Assembly (NCBI RefSeq): GCF_035277045.1
Contig: NZ_DATELE010000275.1
Coordinates: 30,106 to 94,105 of the forward strand
Length of the DNA: 64,000 bases
Reading direction: 5' to 3'
Origin: Pseudomonas sp.
GTDB lineage: Bacteria > Pseudomonadota > Gammaproteobacteria > Pseudomonadales > Pseudomonadaceae
The position numbers were made by a program, and so were the translations under genes. Shown piece by piece: positions 9,605 to 20,258 of this stretch (its first letter is position 1; every line of letters starts with the position of its first letter). Below the pieces are notes generated by a model, which made no database searches, was not told the origin of the DNA, and saw nothing but the letters and a program-made list of their open reading frames with translations.

Positions 9605-11647
9605 ATGTCCGAGCCCCGTCAGATTCTCGTTACCAGCGCCCTGCCCTATGCCAATGGATCCATCCACCTGGGCCACATGCTCGAGTACATCCAGACTGAC
9701 ATGTGGGTCCGCTTCCAGAAACTGCGCGGCAACCAGTGCATCTATGTCTGCGCCGACGACGCCCACGGCTCGGCCATCATGCTGCGCGCCGAAAAGGAAG
9801 GCATCACCCCTGAGCAGCTAATCGCCAATGTTCAGGCCGAGCACACCGGCGACTTCGCCGATTTCCTGGTGGACTTCGACAATTTCCATTCGACCCACTC
9901 CGATGAAAACCGTGCGCTGTCCAGCCAGATCTACCTGAAGCTGCGCGACGCCGGCCACATCGCCACCCGTTCGGTGACCCAGTATTTCGACCCGGACAAG
10001 AACATGTTCCTGGCGGACCGCTTCATCAAGGGCACCTGCCCCAAGTGCGCGGCGGACGACCAGTACGGCGACAACTGCGAGAAGTGCGGCGCCACCTATG
10101 AGCCGACCGAGCTGAAGAATCCCAAGTCGGCGATTTCCGGTGCCACCCCGGTGCTGCGCGATTCCCAGCATTTCTTCTTCAAGCTGCCGGATTTCCAGGC
10201 CATGCTGCAGGACTGGACCCGCAGCGGCACGCTGCAGGACGCGGTCGCCAACAAGCTCGCCGAGTGGCTCGATTCGGGCCTGCAGGAGTGGGACATCTCC
10301 CGCGATGCCCCGTACTTCGGCTTCGAGATTCCAGACGCGCCAGGCAAATACTTCTACGTGTGGCTGGACGCGCCGATCGGCTACATGGCCAGCTTCAAGA
10401 ACCTCTGCGACCGTCGCCCGGAACTCGATTTCGACGCATTCTGGAACAAGGACTCCAAGGCCGAGCTGTACCATTTCATCGGCAAGGACATCGTCAACTT
10501 CCACGCGCTGTTCTGGCCAGCCATGCTCCAGGGCGCGGGCTTGCGCAAGCCGACCGCGATCAACGTGCACGGCTACCTGACCGTCAACGGCGCCAAGATG
10601 TCCAAGTCGCGCGGTACCTTCATCAAGGCCCGCACCTACCTCGACCACCTGCAGCCCGAATACCTGCGCTACTACTATGCAGCCAAGCTGGGCCGCGGCG
10701 TCGATGACCTGGACCTGAACCTTGAAGACTTCGTGCAGAAGGTCAACTCCGACCTGGTCGGCAAGGTGGTCAATATCGCCAGCCGCTGCGCGGGCTTCAT
10801 CCACAAGGGCAATGACGGCGTGATGGTCGAGGGCGACGCAGCCCCGGAGCTGACCGAGGCCTTCCTCGCCGCCGCGCCGTCCATCGCCGACGCCTACGAG
10901 GTGCGTGACTTTGCCCGCGCCATGCGCGAGATCATGGGCCTGGCCGATCGCGCCAACGCCTGGATCGCCGACAAGGCGCCATGGTCGCTGGCCAAGCAGG
11001 AAGGCAAGCAGGATGAAGTCCAGGCGATCTGCGCCCAGGGCATCAACCTGTTCCGTCAGCTGGTGGTCTTCCTCAAGCCTGTGTTGCCACTGCTGGCCGC
11101 CGACGCCGAGGCGTTCCTCAACGTCGCTCCGCTGACCTGGGCCGATCACCAGACTCGCCTCGAGAACCACACGCTGAACCCGTTCAAGGCGCTGATGAGC
11201 CGCATCGAGCCTGCCAAGGTCGAGGCGATGGTCGCAGCGAGCAAGGAAGACCTGGCCGCGGCCCAGGGCAGCGTGGCCCCCGCCGGCAATGGCGAGCTGG
11301 TCAAGGAGCCCCTGTCGGCCGAAATCGAGTTCGACACCTTTGCTGCGGTCGACCTGCGCGTCGCGCTGATCCTCAAGGCCGAAGCCGTGGAAGGCGCCGA
11401 CAAGCTGCTGCGCCTGACCCTGGATATCGGTGACGAGCAGCGCAACGTGTTCTCCGGCATCAAGTCTGCCTATCCGGATCCGGCCCAGCTCGAAGGCCGG
11501 CTGACCATGATGGTGGCCAACCTCAAGCCGCGCAAGATGCGCTTTGGCGTCTCCGAAGGCATGGTCATGGCCGCAGGACCCGGCGGTGAAGAAATCTACC
11601 TGCTGAGCCCGGACAGCGGCGCGAAACCTGGCCAGCGCATCAAGTAA
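9605..11647 (+). CDS. metG: Methionine--tRNA ligase
   Basis: HIGH-type motif (SIHLGHML), KMSKS, Zn knuckle Cys pairs and a C-terminal tRNA-binding domain. The start at [18 protein letters not shown] fits homologues better than the track start at 9554. Confidence 0.95.
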   Translation: MSEPRQILVTSALPYANGSIHLGHMLEYIQTDMWVRFQKLRGNQCIYVCADDAHGSAIMLRAEKEGITPEQLIANVQAEHTGDFADFLVDFDNFHSTHSDENRALSSQIYLKLRDAGHIATRSVTQYFDPDKNMFLADRFIKGTCPKCAADDQYGDNCEKCGATYEPTELKNPKSAISGATPVLRDSQHFFFKLPDFQAMLQDWTRSGTLQDAVANKLAEWLDSGLQEWDISRDAPYFGFEIPDAPGKYFYVWLDAPIGYMASFKNLCDRRPELDFDAFWNKDSKAELYHFIGKDIVNFHALFWPAMLQGAGLRKPTAINVHGYLTVNGAKMSKSRGTFIKARTYLDHLQPEYLRYYYAAKLGRGVDDLDLNLEDFVQKVNSDLVGKVVNIASRCAGFIHKGNDGVMVEGDAAPELTEAFLAAAPSIADAYEVRDFARAMREIMGLADRANAWIADKAPWSLAKQEGKQDEVQAICAQGINLFRQLVVFLKPVLPLLAADAEAFLNVAPLTWADHQTRLENHTLNPFKALMSRIEPAKVEAMVAASKEDLAAAQGSVAPAGNGELVKEPLSAEIEFDTFAAVDLRVALILKAEAVEGADKLLRLTLDIGDEQRNVFSGIKSAYPDPAQLEGRLTMMVANLKPRKMRFGVSEGMVMAAGPGGEEIYLLSPDSGAKPGQRIK

Positions 11648-11709
11648 GCCTCCTGCCCCGGCCAGCCAAGGCCGGGGCATTCCTCTCCCCCGCTCCTGAC
11701 CTGAACCCG

Positions 11710-12348
11710 ATGAACGCTGCCAAACGCCTCGAAATCTTTCGCAGGCTGCATGAAGACAACCCCGAACCCAAGACCGAGCTGGCCTATACCACGCCTTTCG
11801 AGCTGCTGATCGCCGTGATTCTTTCGGCCCAGGCCACCGATGTCGGCGTGAACAAGGCCACCGCCAGGCTGTACCCGGTGGCCAATACACCGGAAGCGAT
11901 CCTTGCCTTGGGCGTCGAGGGCCTGAGCGCCTATATCAAGACCATCGGCCTGTACAACAGCAAGGCGAAGAATGTCATCGAAACCTGTCGCTTGCTGGTC
12001 GAGCAGCACGGCAGCGAAGTGCCGCAGACCCGCGAGGCGCTCGAAGCCTTGCCAGGGGTCGGCCGCAAGACCGCCAACGTCGTGCTCAACACCGCGTTTC
12101 GCCAGGTCGCCATGGCGGTCGACACGCACATCTTCCGCGTCAGCAACCGCACGGGCATCGCGCCCGGCAAGAACGTGCTGGAGGTGGAGAAGAAGCTGCT
12201 GAAGTTTGTCCCCAGGGACTACCTGCTCGATGCCCACCACTGGTTGATCCTGCATGGCAGGTACGTGTGCCAGGCGCGCAAGCCAAGGTGTGGCAGTTGC
12301 CGCATCGAGGACCTGTGCGAGTACAAGCACAAAACCAGCGACGATTAA
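11710..12348 (+). CDS. nth: Endonuclease III
   Basis: HhH-GPD motif (LPGVGRKTAN) and a C-terminal 4Fe-4S cluster, Cx6Cx2Cx5C. Confidence 0.95.
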   Translation: MNAAKRLEIFRRLHEDNPEPKTELAYTTPFELLIAVILSAQATDVGVNKATARLYPVANTPEAILALGVEGLSAYIKTIGLYNSKAKNVIETCRLLVEQHGSEVPQTREALEALPGVGRKTANVVLNTAFRQVAMAVDTHIFRVSNRTGIAPGKNVLEVEKKLLKFVPRDYLLDAHHWLILHGRYVCQARKPRCGSCRIEDLCEYKHKTSDD

Positions 12349-12453
12349 GCTGATAGTGAAGATCCGTCCATCGCGATTGAAAAAATCTTTTTTACCCGCT
12401 TCGAGATTCTCGTTATAAGGTCGGCCAACGGCCCTGATGGCCTGGAGTGACTT

Positions 12454-12630
12454 ATGAGCACCGATGAAAAAGAAGACCTGGCGATCGACGAAGACTTCAC
12501 CAGTACCGATGACGACGAGCCCGAGGCCGAGCCGGCCAAGACCAACCTCGACAAGCGCCGCACCATCGACAACCTGCTCGAAGAGCGGCGCCTGAAGCGG
12601 CAGCTGGCCGACTATGACTTTGATCTGTGA
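12454..12630 (+). CDS. Small acidic protein (58 aa), below the ORF-track length cutoff
   Basis: ATG with a GGAG RBS 6 nt upstream. Third positions are strongly G/C-biased. It translates to MSTDEKEDLAIDEDFTSTDDDEPEAEPAKTNLDKRRTIDNLLEERRLKRQLADYDFDL. From memory, the position downstream of nth matches the PA3496-type small protein. Confidence 0.55.
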   Translation: MSTDEKEDLAIDEDFTSTDDDEPEAEPAKTNLDKRRTIDNLLEERRLKRQLADYDFDL

Positions 12631-12735
12631 CGGGTACGCCCGAGTGTCCGGGTGCCCCTGAGAACGAGCGCCGCCACCGCGGCGCCCCACTCATGCGGCA
12701 CTGCACATCCCCGGACATGCATTTCGCGGCCCTCT

Positions 12736-13362
12736 TCAAGTGATGCCGTGACGCTGCGCAAGCTCGATCAGGTCCACCAGCGAGCGGGCATTGAGCTTGA
12801 GCAGCAGGCGGGTCTTGTAGGTACTCACCGTCTTGTTGCTGAGGAACATGCCTTCAGCGATTTCCTTGTTGGATCTGCCTCGGGCCAGTTGCTGCAGCAC
12901 CATCATCTCCCGACCAGACAAACGCCCGACCATCTCGGCTTCGCTGCCGCCATGGAGATTGGCGCGCACCTTGTGCAGCGCCTGGTTGGGGAAGTAGCTG
13001 TAGCCCGACAATACGGCCTTGATCGCACTGAGCAGTTCGGTCAGGTCCTGCTGCTTGCACACATACCCTGCCGCCCCCGCCTGCATACAGCGCATTGAAA
13101 AATGACCGGCTGACTGGGACGTCAGCACCAGCACCCTGGTTTCCGGGTGGGCGGCCACGAGCCTGGCCACGACTTCGAGCCCATCGAGCTTGGGGATGCC
13201 GATGTCGAGTATGACGATATCCGGAAGGCTTTCCCGTGCCAGTTGCAGTGCATCCACGCCATTGTCCGTTTCCGCCACGACCTCATAGCCATGCCGCTCC
13301 ATCAGCATGCGTACGGCCAGACGAATAACCGGGTGATCATCCACGATCAACACTTTATTCAT
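12736..13362 (-). CDS. LuxR/NarL-family two-component response regulator (no kinase gene adjacent)
   Basis: Receiver domain (MNKVLIVDDHP, ILDIGIPKLDG) plus a LuxR HTH (SNKEIAEGMFLSNKTVSTYKTRLL). The start at MNKV is preferred over the track start at 13437. Confidence 0.9.
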   Translation of the reverse strand: MNKVLIVDDHPVIRLAVRMLMERHGYEVVAETDNGVDALQLARESLPDIVILDIGIPKLDGLEVVARLVAAHPETRVLVLTSQSAGHFSMRCMQAGAAGYVCKQQDLTELLSAIKAVLSGYSYFPNQALHKVRANLHGGSEAEMVGRLSGREMMVLQQLARGRSNKEIAEGMFLSNKTVSTYKTRLLLKLNARSLVDLIELAQRHGIT

Positions 13363-13751
13363 GGGATATCCAAAGTTTTCGGTGTTTTCTAGTTTTGAAG
13401 TCGCACGATAGCCTAAGAGGACAGGGTCGAGGACCACGACTTACCCCGCACCTGCAGGGAAGGACATAACCTACGCAATTAACGGAAACTTCCTACAAAG
13501 CGCATCATCGGGTAACAGTCGCTGTTTCACTGCTCCCGAACTGTCCGCACAGCAAAACTAGCACTACACGACATCAGGTCCACCCTGGATTCATCCCTGC
13601 GCAGCGCAGGAAATGTCTGTAATTGCGCCTTGGGTGATCCAGGTGAGCGGCTACGAATCAGGAATTGCTTCCTCGTGGCGAAACGCCGCACGGTTCTGCA
13701 CGCGGCGCCAGCGTGCTAAAGGTGGCCAACGCAACGACAGGCAACCCAGAC

Positions 13752-14204
13752 ATGAACCGTTTAGAACCCACCAGCCCGCTGACCATCATCGCCATCTTCG
13801 CCGGCATCATCGAAGCCTCGGCGCTGGCGTCGCTGCCTTTCCTGAGCGAGGGCAGCCAGACGATCTACACGTGGTTCCTGGTGTGTTTTCCCTTCTTCCT
13901 GACCGTGCTTTTTTTCCTCACGCTCAATTTCAACTACAAATCGCTGTATATTCCGGTTGCCAAGGCACCCCCTGACACAACGCCAGGGCCGGCGCCTGAA
14001 GACGCGCCGCCCGCCGACGCGAGGGAGGTAATCACCATTGCCCTGTCCGGCAGCGATGCGCGCGCGGTCATCGAGAAGCAGGTGATGCGCCACATGGAGC
14101 AGCAGGCGACCAAGGCAGTGAGCTGGGTGATCTACAACCTTGACACGCAGACCTGCATCACCCTCAACGTACGACCCATGGAGCCGCATGAGCCGGCAGG
14201 CTAG
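13752..14204 (+). CDS. Hypothetical membrane protein (about 150 aa, two predicted TM helices)
   Basis: Two hydrophobic stretches (LTIIAIFAGIIEASALASLPFL and IYTWFLVCFPFFLTVLFFLTLNF) followed by a soluble tail. I recognise no family. Confidence 0.6.
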   Translation: MNRLEPTSPLTIIAIFAGIIEASALASLPFLSEGSQTIYTWFLVCFPFFLTVLFFLTLNFNYKSLYIPVAKAPPDTTPGPAPEDAPPADAREVITIALSGSDARAVIEKQVMRHMEQQATKAVSWVIYNLDTQTCITLNVRPMEPHEPAG

Positions 14205-14223
14205 GGCTTTTGCACCGCCCATG

Positions 14224-14250
14224 AAAAAACCCGGCCAGGCCGGGTTTCTT
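14224..14250. terminator. Bidirectional terminator hairpin between the hypothetical gene and argG
   Basis: The sequence AAAAAACCCGGCCAGGCCGGGTTTCTT lies between convergent genes. Confidence 0.6.
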
Positions 14251-14266
14251 GTGCAGCGGTCAAGCC

Positions 14267-15484
14267 TTACAGCAGCGAGCGGCCCTTGTTGGCAGCAATG
14301 CGCATGCGCAGGGCGTTGAGCTTGATGAAGCCCGCGGCATCGGCCTGGTTGTAGGCGCCGCCGTCTTCCTCGAAGGTCGCGATGTTGGCGTCGAACAGCG
14401 AGTCATCCGACTGGCGGCCGACAACGGTGACGTTGCCTTTGTACAGCTTCAGGCGAACCACGCCATTCACGTTGACCTGCGAGGCGTCGATCATCTGCTG
14501 CAGCATCACACGCTCCGGGCTCCACCAGTAGCCGGTGTAGATCAGGCTGGCGTACTTGGGCATCAGCTCATCCTTGAGGTGAGCGACTTCGCGGTCCAGG
14601 GTGATCGACTCGATGGCGCGGTGGGCCTTGAGCATGATGGTGCCGCCTGGGGTCTCGTAGCAGCCACGGGATTTCATGCCGACGTAGCGGTTCTCGACGA
14701 TGTCCAGGCGGCCGATGCCGTTGGCACCGCCGATACGGTTCAGGTCGGCCAGCACGGTGGCAGGGCTCTTCTCGACGCCGTCGATGGCGACGATGTCACC
14801 GTTGCGGTAGGTCAGCTCGATGTAGGTGGCCTGGTCCGGGGCGTTCTCTGGCGAGACGCTCCAACGCCACATGTCTTCCTCGTGCTCGGTCCAGGTATCT
14901 TCCAGGACACCGCCTTCGTAGGAGATGTGCAGCAGGTTGGCGTCCATCGAGTACGGCGATTTCTTCTTGCCGTGGCGCTCGATCGGAATGCCGTGCTTCT
15001 CGGCGTAATCCATCAGCTTCTCGCGGGACAGCAGGTCCCACTCGCGCCATGGGGCAATGACCTTGACGCCTGGCTTCAGCGCGTAGGCGCCCAGCTCGAA
15101 ACGCACCTGGTCGTTACCCTTGCCGGTGGCGCCGTGGGAAATGGCGTCGGCGCCGGTTTCGTTGGCGATCTCGATCAGGCGCTTGGCGATCAGCGGACGG
15201 GCGATGGAGGTGCCCAGCAGGTACTCGCCTTCGTAGACGGTGTTGGCGCGGAACATCGGGAACACGAAGTCACGCACGAATTCCTCGCGCAGGTCGTCGA
15301 TGTAGATTTCCTTGACGCCCATGGCCTGGGCCTTGGCGCGGGCCGGCTCGACCTCCTCGCCCTGACCCAGGTCAGCGGTGAAGGTCACCACTTCGCAGTT
15401 GTAGGTATCCTGCAGCCACTTCAGAATCACCGAAGTATCAAGGCCGCCGGAATACGCCAGTACGACCTTTTTTACGTCCGCCAT
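14267..15484 (-). CDS. argG: Argininosuccinate synthase
   Basis: The N-terminus [18 protein letters not shown] (ATP pyrophosphatase motif). 405 aa. GGAG RBS. The track's upstream extension is rejected. Confidence 0.95.
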   Translation of the reverse strand: MADVKKVVLAYSGGLDTSVILKWLQDTYNCEVVTFTADLGQGEEVEPARAKAQAMGVKEIYIDDLREEFVRDFVFPMFRANTVYEGEYLLGTSIARPLIAKRLIEIANETGADAISHGATGKGNDQVRFELGAYALKPGVKVIAPWREWDLLSREKLMDYAEKHGIPIERHGKKKSPYSMDANLLHISYEGGVLEDTWTEHEEDMWRWSVSPENAPDQATYIELTYRNGDIVAIDGVEKSPATVLADLNRIGGANGIGRLDIVENRYVGMKSRGCYETPGGTIMLKAHRAIESITLDREVAHLKDELMPKYASLIYTGYWWSPERVMLQQMIDASQVNVNGVVRLKLYKGNVTVVGRQSDDSLFDANIATFEEDGGAYNQADAAGFIKLNALRMRIAANKGRSLL

Positions 15485-15611
15485 GCCATCACTCCACGCG
15501 TTGTACGGAAAGCCGTTGATTCTACCGGTCTTGCCGCGAAATTTACAGTGGGGCGACAGCTTGTGACGACAAAGCGACAAGAACGGTCGAGACCGCGACG
15601 AACGGTAGCGA

Positions 15612-16571
15612 TCAGGGCTTCGTGGGAGCCGCTGCAGGCACGGGGGCGTTGGCCACCTGGTCATCCGCTGGCTTCGCCTCGGCGGCAGCCGGGGTAGCCT
15701 GCTTCGGCTGCTCGGCCACCGCCACCCGCTCCAGCTGGATGTTCACCCGGCGATTGCGCGCCCGGTTGGCAGGGGTCGTATTCTTCGCCAGCGGGTAGCG
15801 TTCGCCGTGGAAACGCACGGTGACCTGCTCCTCCGGCACGCCGCGAGCCTTGAAGTATTCCATGACCGCCAGCGCGCGACGGCGCGACACGTCACGGTTG
15901 GTCAGGCGGTTGCCGCTGTTGTCCGAATGCCCGTCGAGCTCGATGTGATTGACCGTCGGATCGGCCTTCATGTAGTCGAGGATCAGGTCCAGGCGTGCGC
16001 GGGCGCTGTTGTCCAGCTCGATGCCACCCCCGGGGAAGCCGACCTGGGTCTGGCGGACCTGGTCGTAGTTCATGGCCAGCAGCTTGCCGGTACATGCCTG
16101 GTAGTCGTCGAAGGCCTTGCCGAAGCTGACCGGCAGGACACGCACTTCCATGACCCGGCCACCCTCGCCGGCGTAGTTGCGCACCACCGTGCTGCGGCCA
16201 TCGAGCAGCCCGCTGATCAGGCGGCTGGCCTGGCTTTGCGAGGAGGTAAACAGCACGCCGCTGCGCGCCAGGCGCACCGAACCCAGGGTGATATCAGCGC
16301 GCCCGGGTTGCCAGGGCGCCGCTGCGGCGAGCAGGGTCGCGGAGCCGCCACCGAGCACGCTGCCGGTCGAGCGCAACCGGAACGTCGCCTGCTCGCCCGC
16401 GCGGCGCACGAACTCACCGCTGCCAAACCCGCTGATGGGCTGGATCAACCGGCACTCGAACGGGTCGCCCTCGACCTTCCACTCGATGTTCTCCATGCGG
16501 GTCTGGAACGTCAGGGCCATGGCCGGCAGGCTGGCAAACATACTCAACAGGGCTAGATAACGCTGGCGCAC
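15612..16571 (-). CDS. motY: OmpA-family protein, MotY-like (flagellar stator-associated)
   Basis: C-terminal OmpA-like peptidoglycan-binding domain ([20 protein letters not shown]) and a signal peptide. The position between argG and pyrC matches P. aeruginosa motY (from memory). The GTG at 16571 has a GGAG RBS with 6-nt spacing. Alternative GTG start at 16583. Confidence 0.7.
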   Translation of the reverse strand: MRQRYLALLSMFASLPAMALTFQTRMENIEWKVEGDPFECRLIQPISGFGSGEFVRRAGEQATFRLRSTGSVLGGGSATLLAAAAPWQPGRADITLGSVRLARSGVLFTSSQSQASRLISGLLDGRSTVVRNYAGEGGRVMEVRVLPVSFGKAFDDYQACTGKLLAMNYDQVRQTQVGFPGGGIELDNSARARLDLILDYMKADPTVNHIELDGHSDNSGNRLTNRDVSRRRALAVMEYFKARGVPEEQVTVRFHGERYPLAKNTTPANRARNRRVNIQLERVAVAEQPKQATPAAAEAKPADDQVANAPVPAAAPTKP

Positions 16572-16702
16572 GGTCGGCTCCACAGATTTTCACGGCATAC
16601 CTGCACGCTATCGGTCGGCGCCCGTAAAACTTGATAGCCAGTGCTCGACCCCGGCTTTTCCGGTAGCATTCATCCCTGAGTTCGACCCGCCTGGAATCCC
16701 CA

Positions 16703-17749
16703 ATGTCCGATCGCCTGACCCTCCTGCGTCCCGATGACTGGCACATCCATCTTCGCGATGGCGCTGTCCTGCCACACACCGTCGGTGACGTGGCGCGCAC
16801 CTTTGCCCGCGCCATCATCATGCCCAACCTGGTACCGCCGGTGCGCAACGCCGCCGAAGCCGGTGCCTACCGTGAGCGCATCCTTGCCGCCCGCCCGGCC
16901 GGCAGCCGCTTCGAACCGCTGATGGTGCTCTACCTCACCGACCGCACCCAACCCGAGGAAATCCGCGCGGCCAAGGCCACCGGCTTCGTCTATGCCGCCA
17001 AGCTCTACCCGGCGGGCGCGACGACCAACTCCGACTCGGGCGTGACCAGCCTCGAGAAGATCTTCCCGGCGCTCGAAGCGATGGCCGAAGTCGGCATGCT
17101 GCTGCTGGTGCATGGCGAGGTGACGCGCAGCGAGGTCGACGTGTTCGACCGCGAGAAGCTGTTCATCGACGAGCACCTGCGCCGTGTGGTCGAGCGTTTC
17201 CCGACCCTGAAGGTGGTCTTCGAGCACATCACCACCGCTGATGCCGCGCAGTTCGTCAACGAGGCGCCGGCCAACGTCGGCGCGACCATCACTGCCCAGC
17301 ATTTGCTGTACAACCGCAACCACATGCTGGTCGGCGGTATCCGCCCGCACTTCTACTGCCTGCCGATCCTCAAGCGCAACACCCACCAGGTGGCGCTGCT
17401 GGACGCGGCCACCAGCGGCAGCAGCAAGTTCTTCCTGGGCACCGACTCGGCCCCCCACGCCCGTCACGCCAAGGAAAATGCCTGCGGTTGCGCTGGCTGC
17501 TACACCGCCTACGCCGCCATCGAGATGTACGCCGAGGCGTTCGAGTCGCGTGGCGCGCTGGACAAGCTCGAAGGCTTCGCCAGCCTGCACGGCCCGGCCT
17601 TCTACGGCCTGCCGGCGAATACCGGTACCATTACCCTGGTCCGCGAATCGTGGACCGCCCCTGACAGCCTGCCCTTCGGTGAGCAGACGGTCGTCCCGCT
17701 GCGCGCCGGTGAAACACTGCGCTGGCGCCTGCTGGAGGAAAACGCGTGA
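16703..17749 (+). CDS. pyrC: Dihydroorotase
   Basis: DWHIHLRD metal-binding motif. 348 aa, class II PyrC-like. Confidence 0.95.
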   Translation: MSDRLTLLRPDDWHIHLRDGAVLPHTVGDVARTFARAIIMPNLVPPVRNAAEAGAYRERILAARPAGSRFEPLMVLYLTDRTQPEEIRAAKATGFVYAAKLYPAGATTNSDSGVTSLEKIFPALEAMAEVGMLLLVHGEVTRSEVDVFDREKLFIDEHLRRVVERFPTLKVVFEHITTADAAQFVNEAPANVGATITAQHLLYNRNHMLVGGIRPHFYCLPILKRNTHQVALLDAATSGSSKFFLGTDSAPHARHAKENACGCAGCYTAYAAIEMYAEAFESRGALDKLEGFASLHGPAFYGLPANTGTITLVRESWTAPDSLPFGEQTVVPLRAGETLRWRLLEENA

Positions 17750-18417
17750 GCGAAGATCGCTATGATGACGACCAGGACGGTCAGGCGGGCGGCCCGCGTC
17801 ACCCGATGGCCGAACGCTTCCGCGGCTACCTGCCGGTCGTGGTGGATGTCGAGACCGGCGGCTTCAACAGCGCGACCGACGCGCTGCTGGAAATCGCCGC
17901 CGTCACCATCGGCATGGACGAAAAGGGCTTCCTGTTCCCGGAACACACCTACTTCTTCCGCGTAGAGCCTTTCGAGGGCGCCAATATCGAACAGGCGGCC
18001 CTGGAGTTCACCGGCATCAAGCTGGACCACCCGCTGCGCATGGCGGTGAGCGAGGAGTCGGCGCTGACCGACATCTTCCGTGGGGTACGCAAGGCACTCA
18101 AGGCCAACGGCTGCAAGCGGGCAATCCTGGTCGGCCACAACAGCAGCTTCGACCTGGGCTTCCTGAATGCTGCCGTCGTGCGCAATGACCTGAAGCGCAA
18201 CCCGTTCCACCCCTTCTCCAGCTTCGACACCGCAACCCTCGCAGGCCTCGCCTACGGCCAGACCGTGCTGGCCCGTGCCTGCCAGAGCGCCGACATCGAT
18301 TTCGATGGCCGCGAGGCGCACTCGGCGCGCTACGACACCGAGAAGACCGCCGAGCTGTTCTGCGGCATCGTCAACCGCTGGAAAGACATGGGCGGCTGGC
18401 GCGATTTCAACGATTGA
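17746..18417 (+). CDS. rnt: Ribonuclease T
   Basis: DEDDh exonuclease motifs ([22 protein letters not shown]). The GTG start overlaps the pyrC stop. GGAGGA RBS. Confidence 0.95.
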   Translation: MSEDRYDDDQDGQAGGPRHPMAERFRGYLPVVVDVETGGFNSATDALLEIAAVTIGMDEKGFLFPEHTYFFRVEPFEGANIEQAALEFTGIKLDHPLRMAVSEESALTDIFRGVRKALKANGCKRAILVGHNSSFDLGFLNAAVVRNDLKRNPFHPFSSFDTATLAGLAYGQTVLARACQSADIDFDGREAHSARYDTEKTAELFCGIVNRWKDMGGWRDFND

Positions 18418-18439
18418 GCCGCACCTTTTCGCGGACATG

Positions 18440-18470
18440 AAAAAACCGGCCATCAAGGCCGGTTTTTTTT
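18440..18470. terminator. Bidirectional rho-independent terminator
   Basis: A-run, CCGGCC/GGCCGG stem and T8 run between the convergent rnt and peroxiredoxin genes. Confidence 0.75.
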
Positions 18471-18482
18471 CATGCGTGGCAA

Positions 18483-19085
18483 TTACAGGTTGCCAGCATT
18501 CTCGCTCAGGTATGCCGCGACGCCTTCTGGCGATGCGGTCATGCCCTTGTCGCCTTTCTTCCAGTTGGCAGGGCAGACTTCGCCGTGCTCTTCGTGGAAC
18601 TGCAGGGCATCGACCAGACGCAGCAGCTCGTCCATGTTGCGGCCCAGCGGCAGGTCGTTGACGATCTGCGAACGGACAACGCCCTTGTCGTCGATCAGGA
18701 ACGCGCCACGGAAAGCCACGCCGCCTTCGGACTCAACGTCGTAGGCCTTGCAGATCTCGTGGGAGATGTCGGCTGCCAGGGTGTACTTGACCTGGCCGAT
18801 ACCGCCCTTCTCGACCGGGGTGTTGCGCCAGGCGTTGTGGGTGAAGTGCGAGTCGATCGACACGCCGATCACTTCGACGTTGCGCGCCTGGAAGTCAGGG
18901 ATGCGGTTGTCCAGGGCGATCAGCTCGGACGGGCAGACGAAGGTGAAGTCCAGTGGGTAGAAGAACACCAGGCCGTATTTGCCCTTGATGGCCGAAGCCA
19001 GGTTGAAGCTGTCGACGATCTCGCCATTGCCCAGCACGGCGGCGACGGTGAAGTCCGGGGCTTTTTTACCAACGAGCACGCTCAT
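18483..19085 (-). CDS. Typical 2-Cys peroxiredoxin (AhpC/Prx1 family)
   Basis: Peroxidatic Cys motif FTFVCPSE and a resolving Cys near the C-terminus (EVCPANW). 200 aa from MSVLVGKKAPDF. Confidence 0.9.
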   Translation of the reverse strand: MSVLVGKKAPDFTVAAVLGNGEIVDSFNLASAIKGKYGLVFFYPLDFTFVCPSELIALDNRIPDFQARNVEVIGVSIDSHFTHNAWRNTPVEKGGIGQVKYTLAADISHEICKAYDVESEGGVAFRGAFLIDDKGVVRSQIVNDLPLGRNMDELLRLVDALQFHEEHGEVCPANWKKGDKGMTASPEGVAAYLSENAGNL

Positions 19086-19231
19086 TCGATATCTCCTGAT
19101 GGTGTTGAAAACGCGGCCCGAGCGAGCAAGAGCGCTCGGCGCACACAAAGGCCGGCCATCATACACCGCTTGAGGTGACAGGCCGAATTCAACCGCTGGT
19201 CGCCGACTGCGCAAAGCGGGCCCTCGGTGCT

Positions 19232-19260
19232 TTGACAAGCATTCTCATTCCCATTACTCT
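19232..19260 (+). promoter_or_regulatory. Candidate bfd promoter (TTGACA-17 nt-TACTCT) overlapped by a weak Fur-box-like array
   Basis: The -35 hexamer is perfect. The overlapping 19-mer GACAAGCATTCTCATTCCC matches the Fur consensus GATAATGATAATCATTATC at only 12/19 by my count. bfd is Fur-repressed in P. aeruginosa. Confidence 0.3.
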
Positions 19261-19299
19261 CCAGAACATCCAAGCCGCAACCAGCGATGGTCTGACTTT

Positions 19300-19518
19300 A
19301 TGTATGTGTGTCTCTGTGTTGGTGTAACCGACGGACAGATCCGCGACGCGATCTATGAAGGATGCTGCAGCTACAAGGAAGTGAGAGCCGCCACCCAGGT
19401 GGGCACCCAGTGTGGCAAGTGCGCCTGCCTCGCCAAGGAGGTGGTCCGCGAAACCCTCACCAAACTGCAGGTCAGCCAGGCCGCCCTGCCCTATCCCGTG
19501 GAATTTACCGCGGCGTAA
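19300..19518 (+). CDS. bfd: Bacterioferritin-associated ferredoxin
   Basis: 72 aa with the 2Fe-2S Cys pattern MYVCLCVGVT...CGKC. Confidence 0.9.
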   Translation: MYVCLCVGVTDGQIRDAIYEGCCSYKEVRAATQVGTQCGKCACLAKEVVRETLTKLQVSQAALPYPVEFTAA

Positions 19519-19536
19519 AAACCCCAGTTTTTGAAG

Positions 19537-19562
19537 AACCGGACCTTGTGTCCGGTTTTTTT
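19537..19562 (+). terminator. Rho-independent terminator after bfd
   Basis: AACCGGAC/GTCCGGTT stem followed by a T-run. Confidence 0.6.
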
Positions 19563-19718
19563 ATGCCTGCAATTCAATTAGTTAGGGGGAAAACGCGGTT
19601 CAAAAACATTCTTATTCCGATTAATTTTCATTTATTATTCAATAACTTAGGTTTGACAGTAGAACATGCCGCGCTCAAAATCGGCCTTATCGGCATATTT
19701 TGAAGGGCAGGCCCCAGC

Positions 19719-20189
19719 ATGAAAGGCGACATTAGCGTCATCCAGCATCTCAACAAGATCCTCGCCAACGAGCTGGTCGCCATCAACCAGTACTTCCTGC
19801 ATGCGCGCATGTACGAGGACTGGGGCCTGGATAAGCTCGGCAAGCACGAGTACAAGGAATCCATCGACGAGATGAAGCACGCTGACAAACTGATCAAGCG
19901 TATTCTCTTCCTCGAAGGCATCCCCAACGTCCAGGACCTGGGCAAGCTGCTGATCGGCGAGCACACCCGCGAGATGATCGAGTGCGACCTGAAGATCGAA
20001 CAGAAAGCCCTGATCGACCTCAAGGCCGCCATTGCTCACTGTGAAACCGTCGGTGATTTCGGCAGCCGCGACCTGCTCGAAGACATCCTCGAGTCCGAGG
20101 AAGAGCACATCGACTGGCTGGAAACCCAGTTGAGCCTGATCGACAAGATCGGCATGGAGAACTACCTGCAGTCGCAGATGGGCGAATAA
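19719..20189 (+). CDS. bfr: Bacterioferritin
   Basis: The sequence [31 protein letters not shown], a ferroxidase-centre Glu/His pattern and a Met52-equivalent haem ligand. Confidence 0.95.
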   Translation: MKGDISVIQHLNKILANELVAINQYFLHARMYEDWGLDKLGKHEYKESIDEMKHADKLIKRILFLEGIPNVQDLGKLLIGEHTREMIECDLKIEQKALIDLKAAIAHCETVGDFGSRDLLEDILESEEEHIDWLETQLSLIDKIGMENYLQSQMGE

Positions 20190-20212
20190 GCGACCCTGCC
20201 GCGATGAGGTAG

Positions 20213-20245
20213 AAAAAAGCCCCGGCTCTTCAGCCGGGGCTTTTT
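20213..20245. terminator. Bidirectional rho-independent terminator (10-bp stem)
   Basis: AGCCCCGGCT/AGCCGGGGCT stem flanked by an A-run and a T-run, between the convergent bfr and grxD genes. Confidence 0.75.
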
Positions 20246-20258
20246 CGTTGCCGAAGGC

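Noticed and set aside
9818-11890. A 690-aa minus-strand ORF opposite metG and nth.
   Set aside because: It is antisense to metG (HIGH and KMSKS motifs on the plus strand), and its sequence is low-complexity.
14249-15697. A 482-aa plus-strand ORF opposite argG.
   Set aside because: It is an antisense shadow of argG.
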